Shown here: positions 1 to 9,923 of the stretch, piece by piece
Layout: the number at the start of each line of letters is the position of its first letter
How positions within the stretch are numbered: the first letter of the stretch is position 1
From: Macrostomum lignano
Taxonomy: Eukaryota
Direction: 5' to 3'
Length of the DNA stretch: 38,941 nucleotides
NCBI GenBank assembly: GCA_002269645.1
Contig: NIVC01004659.1
Coordinates: 1 to 38,941, forward strand
Notes under the pieces: model-generated
Database searches by the model: none
What the model saw: the letters and a program-made list of their open reading frames with translations, nothing else
Told to the model about the DNA's origin: nothing
Made by a program: the position numbers and the translations under genes

Positions 1-200
1 CCTGACTCAACCCCTGTGAAGAATCGCCCCTGACTCAACCCCTGTGAAGAATCGCCTCTGACTCAACCCCTGTGAAGAATCGCCCCTGACTCAACCCCTG
101 TGAAGAATCGCCCCTGACTCAACCCCTGTGAAGAATCGCCCCTGACTCAACCTAAAACAGAATCGCCCCTGACTCAACCCTACACAAAATCGCCCCTGAC
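1..200. repeat. 28-bp minisatellite (CCTGACTCAACCCCTGTGAAGAATCGCC), 5 near-perfect plus 2 degenerate copies, truncated by the window edge
   Basis: Units start at 1, 29, 57, 85 and 113, then decay from 141 to 200. Each unit contains TGACTCA. Confidence 0.95.
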
Positions 201-280
201 TGCTCGTGTCATATCGCGTAACTCAATTGCCTTCATTGCACAGCACCGCATCTTTCCAAAATTCTAACACTCCACTGCAG

Positions 281-1393
281 TACCCAGCTACCCTCCGGTG
301 ATGCCGCCTCCGCCACGAGGCGGCGGCTTCTACCGCGGCGGCCGCGGCGGCGGTCGCGGATTTCGCCGGCCATACAACATGGGACCTGCCAACGGCGGCG
401 GAGGCGGAATCACCCGCGGCGGTGGCGGCGGTGGCGGAGGTCTGTACTTCAGCCCGCGGCGTTACGATGTGCCCGTGCCGGCCGGCCTACGGTGGCGGCG
501 GCGGCTTCGGACGCGGCCGAGGACGCGGTGGTCGGCGCGGCCGCGGCGGCGGTCGCAGACGCGATGCTTCGCATGCGTCGGCTGACGGAGAAAAGGTTTG
601 GAGTCTGGTTGCAAGGCCTGTATGATCTGATTGCAGTTCCTGTATGATCTGATTGCAGTTCCTGTATGATCTGATTGCAGTTCCTGTATGATCTGATTGC
701 AGTTCCTGTATGATCTGATTGCAGTTCCTGTATGATCTGATTGCAGTTCCTGTATGATCTGATTGCAGTTCCTGTATGATCTGATTGCAGTTCCTGTATG
801 ATCTGATTGCAGTTCCTGTATGATCTGATTGCAGTTCCTGTATGATCTGATTGCAGTTCCTGTATGATCTGATTGCAGTTCCTGTATGATCTGATTGCAG
901 TTCCTGTATGATCTGATTGCAGTTCCTGTATGATCTGATTGCAGTTCCTGTATGATCTGATTGCAGTTCCTGTATGATCTGATTGCAGTTCCTGTATGAT
1001 CTGATTGCAGTTCCTGTATGATCTGATTGCAGTTCCTGTATGATCTGATTGCAGTTCCTGTATGATCTGATTGCAGTTCCTGTATGATCTGATTGCAGTT
1101 CCTGTATGATCTGATTGCAGTTCCTGTATGATCTGATTGCAGTTCCTGTATGATCTGATTGCAGTTCCTGTATGATCTGATTGCAGTTCCTGTATGATCT
1201 GATTGCAGTTCCTGTATGATCTGATTGCAGTTCCTGTATGATCTGATTGCAGTTCCTGTATGATCTGATTGCAGTTCCTGTATGATCTGATTGCAGTTCC
1301 TGTATGATCTGATTGCAGTTCTGTTACTAAGAAAAGTTCTGTTTGTTTTTTTTGCAGCCAGTCAACATGAATGGAGGCGAGTCCAGGGCTTAA
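281..1393 (+). CDS. Last two exons (281-595, 1358-1393) of an RGG/Gly-Arg-rich, probably RNA-binding protein (possibly a Y-box-type tail)
   Basis: Acceptor CTGCAG|281 with upstream CTAAC; donor AAAG|GTTTGG at 595/596; branch-like TACTAAG at about 1325; acceptor TTTTGCAG|1358. The phase-0 join gives ...ADGEK|PVNMNGGESRA*. The two RGG ORFs (298-585, 422-625) join if two C-runs near 467-478 each lack one base. The family cannot be fixed without the upstream exons. Confidence 0.5.
617..1320. repeat. 22-bp minisatellite (CCTGTATGATCTGATTGCAGTT) x32, inside a predicted intron
   Basis: 704 bp = 32 units, all apparently identical. Confidence 0.97.
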
Positions 1394-2351
1394 AAATGAT
1401 GGAATCAGAACTGACTTGATTGATAGACCATGGTAACCGCTGGCACCTGGTAGACGCTATTTATAACCAATTTATTTTCTTTAAAACCAAGCACCAACAA
1501 CCCTAGCAGCCCTACTGACCAACTGATACAAAAGCAGATAATTAAAAACTGTTTCGCATATCTCCGCGTATTCTGCAAAAAATTGTTGCTTGATTGATAT
1601 ATAACCCTGTCATCCAAGTTTACAGCATGATTTGTTATTTATCGAAGCCAACCACCTAGTCAGCTTTGGTCTTGTTTTAGTTGAATTATTACTATATAAA
1701 CTGGTATTTACTTATTTGTTATCTTATCTAGTTTTTTTAGTTGTGGGTGTTCTGTATTTGCATTATTTGTGCTCCGTATTGATTGATACATATTATCTGA
1801 CTGACTTTTCTTTATTTTTTCAATCTTCATTTGTGTGTTTTTTCTTACCTATTATTGCCAAATTGAATTTTTATATAAGTTTATTTTCATTTTATCGTTG
1901 CTAGGGAACCGGATTCTGTGAGAACTAAGCTAATTAATAACTCATTAATTCATTGTTTAGTGATTGAAGTTGGAAATAAATAAAATTAATGCAAAAAATA
2001 ACTAATTGATTAACACTCCTCCACAGTTTTTGGATCAATCATTTCTTGGAAAATGTTCAAATCGTTACTTTTATTTACTGCTGCTGCTACTACTGTTTCA
2101 CCAAGCAGTAGTCTATTTAGGTTTTTTATTCCTAATAAGTATTTCTATAGGATTCTGTTTGTGTCGCTAAGTTGCTTAGAAACGCTTTTGTTGGCTTTAG
2201 TAACGAAAATGGGGGCTGCTTTGAGCTTAAAATGATTTAGTTAAAGCAGATAATTAGGTGGTCGAAGTAGTTAGTTGTTGTTGTTAGTTAAAGGCCACTT
2301 TTCCACGTATGTATTTAGCAAATTGCATGCGCGAGAACAAAATTTACGAGG

Positions 2352-2927
2352 TAGAGATAAGTGAGATTAATTAGAGATTAGTGAGATTACTAGAGATAAG
2401 TGAGATTAACTAGAGATTATTGAGATTAACTAGAGATTATTGAGATTAACTAGAGATTATTGAGATTAACTAGAGATTATTGAGATTAACTAGAGATTAT
2501 TGAGATTAACTAGAGATTATTGAGATTAACTAGAGATTATTGAGATTAACTAGAGATTATTGAAATTAACTAGAGATTATTGAGATTAACTAGAGATTAT
2601 TGAGATTAACTAGAGAACAGTGAGATTTAACTAGAGATCAGTGAGATTTAACTAGAGATGGTCAGGTTTAACTAGAGATGAGTGAGGTTTAAATAGAGAT
2701 AAGTGAGATTAATTAGAGATTAGTCAGGTTACTAGAGATTATTGAGATTAACTAGAGATTATTGAGATCAACTAGAGATGAGTGAGGTTTAACTAGAGAT
2801 GAGTGAGATTTAACTAGAGATCAGTGAGATTTAACTAGAGATCAGTGAGATTTAACTAGAGATCTGTGAGATTCAACTAGAGATCAGTGAGATTCAACTA
2901 GAGATGAGTGAGATTCAACTAGAGATT
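2352..2927. repeat. 20/21-bp minisatellite (TGAGATTAACTAGAGATTAT and variants)
   Basis: Homogeneous 20-mer block at about 2401-2615, grading into 21-bp variants (GTGAGATTTAACTAGAGATCA). Confidence 0.93.
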
Positions 2928-3631
2928 CCCATAGACCGTAAGCAGCCTGCAGAGCCACACCCCTGATTCTCCATAATGAGCTTTCTATGGCACAGCTACC
3001 GACACTATAATTTAGTTGATTTAATTTAGTTACAGGTATTATCTGTATTCGCCTACAGTTGGCAAGATTAGACAGAAGCTGTTTTGATGCATCTCTACTA
3101 ACAATGACAGAAAGATCTAAAAGATATTTCGTCTGTTTCTAACTGCATAATTATTGCAAGTTGCACGCATGTGGTTTGGGCCATTGGGCTGCTTCACTTT
3201 ACCCCGAAGCTCACCCCGCCTCCAGCTCTCTGCTGTCGGCACAATTCTAGCTAAGAAGATATTTTTCTAACCACGTTTGCTTGTCAGCGCGTGAGCCTCG
3301 AACTGTGCTCTCAGTTTTGTAGCAAAAAAGAAAAGAAGCAATTCTCAGCGCTGGGTACGAATGATAGAGAGAGAGATGGGTAAGAGAGATGGACCTGAGC
3401 TGCCTATTGAATAGGAAAAACGGTGGCGTGAGCTCCGAAGGCTTGAGGGTTCGAGTTGGCGTCCTAGGTCGCCCCTGACGACGGCTCATTGCCGCTCAGA
3501 ATAAAAGCAGAGTGCAGCGAGCGGGCCCGTCTGCTTTCTATTCGGAAGACAACCGACCCGACTGGCCGAGCCAAGTTCCCGTCTGCAACCTCAGTAACCA
3601 GCTTCTGTGCTACCAACTCTCGTAAGCAGCA

Positions 3632-4156
3632 ATGGCTAAAGAAGGCGAAGAAGCCAAGGTGGAAGTGGATCTGGTCAACCGCGACCCCAACCAGCTCAAT
3701 GGTCACCTGAAGGTAAGCATAGAATGCTCAAATACGACTTTACACCTGAGCATAGTTACTCACCCATACCATGAGCCGCATTCTAACTGACCCATCGGCA
3801 ACTCTCCCACAAACCTGCAGGTCGCCTTCGAGGACGTCCTGGGCGAGCCGGAGCACGCGCACTCCATCGACTGCTTGTGGCGCAACTCCTACGGCTGCTT
3901 CACTGGCGGCAAGAACTGCTGCTACAAGTTTGTCAGCGTCCTGTCGGGCCTGTGCATCGCCCTGTGCTGGGGCTGCACCTTCGCTATGGTTGCCTTCTAC
4001 AACATCTGGTGCATCACGCCGTGCACCAAGGTCTTCAAGATCTTCATCGGCGTGTTCAGGGAGATGTGGGAGACCTTCTGGGACTGCTGCGTGGGCGCCA
4101 AGTGCAAGGCCCTCGGCTACTGCTTCAGCAGGATCAAGGTGGAGCAGGGCAAATAA
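3632..4156 (+). CDS. cav: Caveolin, copy A (exons 3632-3712, 3821-4156; 138 aa)
   Basis: MAKEGEEAKVEVDLVNRDPNQLNGHLK|VAFEDVLGEPEHAHSIDCLW contains the NRDP motif and the FEDVxxEP caveolin signature. GTAAG...CTGCAG phase-0 intron of 108 bp lies just before the signature, as in vertebrate CAV1. Confidence 0.95.
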
Positions 4157-5357
4157 GCCGCATGCCTCCGCAGGATTTGGGAAAACTAATTTACTTTGGC
4201 TTAACTCTGTCTTGCTGATTGTGATTACCAACAACCTGATTTGATTTGGTTACCAGATTTTTGTACCGATTTTTCCAGCCGTCTATCTTGCTGTCCTTTT
4301 TTCAAGACTGTTTCTATTGCAGCAGAAGACCACTGAATGTTTTTTTAACCATATCTTAGCAGTTTTCTTACTATCAAAACTGATATTTTCAATACAAATA
4401 CACTATGATAACACTGAGTTTCTGATAAGATCCTGTCTTACTTTTTAAGGATTAGCTTTTAGAACGAACTAATTAACTGTTAGACTTTGATGAATTTGCT
4501 GTTAAAAGCAATTTGTAAAAAATATTAGGATATTCAAGCAAATTCGAGGTCTGGCCTTACAATTTGTTTAGAAAAAAACAAATTCAAATTAGCGCCAAGC
4601 GTTGCGCTACCAGGCAACACACCCTGCGGCGGGGTGGTAGGCTATCGACCTTAGCAACAAGGTAGGGTGGGCACCCCTCTACCCCCTCTCCCTCGCTCCC
4701 CCCGCCCTGCTCGAGACTAAATTCTCTGGCTGCAACGAGCTGCGTCCAGCCCACTTTGACAAAACAAAAATTGTTGTTGCTATGCCACGCAGTGGCGCCA
4801 ATTTAAATTTTTTTAATTTGCTTTCTGACGTGATACAAGTTGCAAAGGCCCGTCCTTTCTCTAAATAAATATCGATCTTTAATACCATTTTATTAGTAAG
4901 GGGCTCAATGCTTTCTACTGCATGCCGTATAATTATGTTTTAATTAAACCAATAAGAACCGTTTTGATATGATTTAATAGTTATTAAAGAACGCTGACAA
5001 AACAATAAATTTAATTAAAAGTACTTTAGGAGCGACCTCCGTTGTCAGTTACGGATTTTTGTGTAGTTAATTAGTTTATTTGTCAATTCTTGTGAAAAAA
5101 ATCAGTAAAAATCAGCTTGGAACTATAGAACACTATGGTCGCTAATGAAGACCGCCTGCTCTACGGGCACGTCGCGTCTATGCCGCTCAAATTGGGTTCG
5201 TACTTAGTTACAAAAATAGCAAGGTACAAATTGGCTGTAAATTCGAGTTTAGCTAATAAATATCTTAATTAAGGAATTCGATTGGTAGTTTGGTGTTTTT
5301 ACAGTTATCAAAGCTGCCAGACTCCATGCGGCCGCCTTGCGAGCAGTTGGCAAGAGT

Positions 5358-5878
5358 CTAGCCCTGTTGGACCTTGACCCTGCTGAAGAAGTAGCCGTAG
5401 GCCTTGCACTCGGCGCCCACGCAGCAGTCCCAGTAGGTCTCCCACATCTCCCTGAACACGCTGATGAAGATCTTGAAGACCTTGGTGCATGGGGGATGCA
5501 CCAGATGTTGCTGAAGGCAACCATAGCGAAGGTGCAGCCCCAGCACAGGGCGATGCACAGGCCCGACAGGACGCTGACAAACTTGTAGCAGCAGTTCTTG
5601 CCGCCAGTGAAGCAGCCGTAGGAGTTGCGCCACAAGCAGTCGATGGAGTGCGCGTGCTCCGGCTCGCCCAGGACGTCCTCGAAGGCGACCTGCAGGTTTT
5701 TGGGAGAGTTGCCGATGGGTCAGTTAGAATGCGGCTCATGGTATGGGTGAGTAACTATGCTCAGGTGTGAAGTCGTATTTGAGCATTCTATGCTTACCTT
5801 CAGGTGACCATTGAGCTGGTTGGGGTCGCGGTTGACCAGATCGACTTCCACCTTGGCTTCTTCGCCTTCCTTGGCCAT
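5358..5878 (-). CDS. cav: Caveolin, copy B (exons 5878-5798, 5689-5358), inverted paralogue of copy A with one 1-bp frameshift near 5491-5495
   Basis: Same exon-1 protein and 108-bp intron as copy A. Exon 2 is 332 bp, one short of the expected 333 (TGCATC-CCCCA-TGC vs TGCATC-ACGCCG-TGC in A). Either a pseudogene or a consensus error. Confidence 0.9.
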
Positions 5879-6241
5879 TGCTGCTTACGAGTTTTCTTTT
5901 TGGTAAGGGACTGCGGAATACTGAGGTCTGCGGCTGCTGTGGCGCTGCGGTGCTGCGCTCCTTCGGCGCTGCGCCCCAATTTATGCTGCTTTGGCTGCGT
6001 TGGACACGTAGTCATGGCTACGGAGAGACGCCCCAGAGCTTGCCTCTCTGGGAGAGCCAGCCCCATCGCATGGAAGCTGCTTCTCGTCTCTCTTCTCAGT
6101 CCTAACCCCCTCTGGCAACTGCAACCTCCCCCCCCCTACCGTAGCTGCCAGAGTGAAACAGTTGCTATTGTGCTCAAATGCGCCTAATTCTCTGCAGCCC
6201 AACAGTTCTAAAGTGGCATCGTTTCGGAGCTTCTACTCTCT

Positions 6242-6248
<7 letters not shown>

Positions 6249-6305
<57 letters not shown>
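6249..6305. repeat. (CT)n microsatellite
   Basis: Direct reading. Confidence 0.97.
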
Positions 6306-6308
<3 letters not shown>

Positions 6309-7898
6309 ATCTTAGCCCTCGCTAAACCCGTTGCTAGGGGCATTTTAGGGTTGATAATATTTTTCTTTTCTATATGCTTGCAGGCCTTGGGTGCAGTTGT
6401 AAGCACAATGGTTTGGCGCCATCAAGCAGAGGGCTAAGTATTGTCTACCTTAGTGCGGCTACATCACCGAGCAGAGCGGAGAGGCATTATTTGCGCAGAA
6501 ACACTTCAATTGACAGTATTGAATTGCAGAGCTGGCATGAGACTGTATCCACTTCTATAGTTAAGGCGCATCTCAACAGCACAGCCTCCACCCTCCCGCT
6601 GCAAGCCGAAGCGGGCCTCATGAATTGCTTGGCAAGCGCGTCAGGGGTTCGCTGTTTTTGGCCCTCTCTTTAATTGCAGCGGGTTCTTGAGCTCGAGCTA
6701 CATAGCTATTCGGCTTGTTTCTATCTCTTGGATTTGTGACAGGGGTGTTTCTCTTCTTTCTAAGAGAGGCTCGGGCGGTGGGCGGGTGGCCGTTGCTACT
6801 GGATACGGAGACGCTTCTTCTCTCTATGCGAGAGCGACATTCGCAAATGAGTTTTTTGGCGAAAGTATAACCGGTGAAATAAAATGAGATGGGGTTTAAA
6901 CCGAATCATTTATTAATATAGATGACTTTAATAACCTGCAGAAAGCACAATGCTACTATAACGCCGGGATCGTATTGCACAGTTCTCCGGCCCCGGCAAT
7001 TCCTGCACACAGATTTTGAATGCCAAGTCTTGTTTCTCGAATCTAGTTCTACGAGTACCACATGTATACTTTGAAATCTCAGCACAATAGGGTGTTTTAA
7101 ATCTCACAATCCGTTGAATAAAGATGACTGCTTTCGTTAAGAATCGTTTAGCACTCGGTTTAATCTCGAAAACAATTGCGGAGATGCAGATAAGCGGTTT
7201 TCAGTTCTTAGACCGCAGCTGCTGAATGAATCCTGCAGCTTGTACAGCTCAAAGCGATTTTAATTATGTTATACTTATGAACTACTCATGAGGACGACTT
7301 GACAATGATACCAATGCGATCTTAAACTATTTTGAACTAATACTAAACGCTAGACTTCCATATTTTTCTTAGCTTCGAAAGCAAGTCAGCTTAAGTTTGA
7401 AGTTTCACATGCTATCATACTGTTCTGTGGGCATAAACATTTTAACTTCAGGCCCTTTTTGAACCGAAGAGACTCAGCACCCTTAGCTGCTACTTACAAT
7501 AGTAGGCATAGTGTAATTTCTTTTGGCGTTGTTCCCATTCCATTTCAACATCAGCGCCATCGTTCTGCGCCATGGGGTCCTGGGAAAATCCTAACTATCG
7601 AGGTCAGCCACGCCCAACCCATTCGTTCGCTTAATTCCCATGTAGTCCAAGTTGCTGTGCTGCTTTCTCAGCGTGGGAACTCGTGATTTTCCAACCCAAG
7701 AAGTCGCTGTATCGACAGGCCTCCACAAGGGTGTGGCCGCGTAACCCGCCCTGGCAGCAAAAGCAATGAAAAATTTCGCCTTAAAAGTGAGTGAGCAGCT
7801 TTCTCTAAGAGGGTTCGCAAGCCAGCAGAATAATAAACTGAATTTCTGCTCCGCCTGAAGGAAGTCAAGAACAGCTCACCAGAAGTAGACGACGCGAC

Positions 7899-8669
7899 AT
7901 GGGCCGAGACAACGATTCGCGCAGGAGCGACGACTCCGACCTGGATATGGTCAACCGCGACCCGAACGGACTCAATGCATACCTCAAGGTTGGTCAGCGC
8001 AAGTGTTTGATAGCAATATATATAGAAAGTTCCCGGGCTTCAAAAATTTATTTTTGGATTTTCCGTACGGTTTTTTAACTCGATGCTGAAAAGTTGAAAC
8101 GTCTTTCCATTTAATTGCCGATACAAGGACCACCAGAAGTTACTGTTGTACATGTATATTTTCTAAAGCTTCTCAGGCTCAAAGGAGTGATTTTTTGAAG
8201 GCAAGCATCGCTAAATACACCACCGGTAACTTCTATGGTGGTCCTTGTGTTGATACCATTGGTCAACGTTATAAACTAGCTCCCTTAGGCCTCTATGTCT
8301 GCGTGTGCTACAGACATGTCACTGACCTCCGCGCAGGTTGGCTTCGAGGACGTCCTGGCTGAGCCGGACGATGCGCACTCAATCGACTGCGTGTGGCGCA
8401 ACTCATATCGGTGCTACAATGGCGGCAAGAATTGCTGCTACAAACTGCTCACTGTGCTCACTGGCCTGTGCATTGCTCTGTACTGGGGCTGCACCTTTGC
8501 TATCGTAGCTTATAACAACATCTGGTGCATCACGCCCAGCATGAAGCTGTTCAAGATCTGCACGGGGGTCTACAGGGAGTGCTGCGTCTCCGTCACCGAC
8601 TGCGTGTGCGGACCGATTTGCAGGTCGTTCGGCCTGCTGTTCAGCCGCATCTCCGTGTCCAACAAGTGA
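7899..8669 (+). CDS. cav: Caveolin, copy C (exons 7899-7988, 8337-8669; 140 aa)
   Basis: MGRDNDSRRSDDSDLDMVNRDPNGLNAYLK|VGFEDVLAEPDDAHSIDCVW; phase-0 GT...CAG intron at the same position as in A and B; intact frame. Confidence 0.93.
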
Positions 8670-8997
8670 CAGCTGCCGGCGGGCCTGTGAAAGGCGGGAC
8701 AGTTGACAATTGGACAATTGTACTCACGCTTACGTAACCGACTGTAGAATGTAATCAAGTGTATTTAGCGAGAATCTTTTTTCAATGTAACCCAATTATT
8801 GTATCAGGAAGTTTTTCCTCGTGAGTTTGGTACACGCAATTTCATTTCCTATGGTTACGTAATAAAAACTTGATAAGTTTGTTTTAATGAGAAGTAAATT
8901 CCGATAAATTATAGACGACGACAAATTGACAAATTAGCTCGGGATCAAATATATTTTACAACTGGCAGCTATGTTTTAATAACTTATGGCTTACATC

Positions 8998-9281
<284 letters not shown>

Positions 9282-9923
9282 CCATGGTACATGTACTACT
9301 AATAGTACATAGACTTTAGCAAATGCAACCCAGATACCTGAAGTAAATGAATGTCTTTCTGAATGAATATGCCCAGCCTATGTTGAAGTTCAGAGCGGGT
9401 TGATAAGTGAAATGCAGAGCACTCATCGGAAGATTAGAACAGTTGTCTCCGCTCTGACAGGCGCCATTGCTATGTTTAACCAGGTAAAATAAGCAGTTCT
9501 GACACACCTTGTCTGCATACGCTTCTACTGATTCGGCCTTGTTTGTCTACAAGTTCGATCGATTTTATGGTCCGTTAATTCCTACAAATATTAGCTCTAA
9601 CCCGGATGTTAACCTTCAACCATGGTTCCATGCATGTCAAATCTAAAAAATCAAGCCATAAACCCGAAACCATTACTTATTTACCCTAGATACTGTGATG
9701 CCTACTGTACAGGTAGATGGCTTCAACCAATAAGCAGCGTTTGAGCTTCGATTTAGTCAGCTCAGGTGCTACTGCACGTTCAGTCAATAGACATTCAATA
9801 GTTATTAACCACTGCATCTCTCACGACACATCTATAGCGTTAAGACTTATTTGTCACTGGGAGAAACCGGTTAAAAAAATCTTTAAAAATTGCTTCTTTT
9901 TGCTAGCATGAAGCCAAGCAGAA

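Noticed and set aside
3740-4244. Overlapping and antisense ORFs across caveolin A (and equivalents at 5249-6187)
   Set aside because: Shadow frames of GC-rich caveolin codons; the spliced caveolin frame explains the region.
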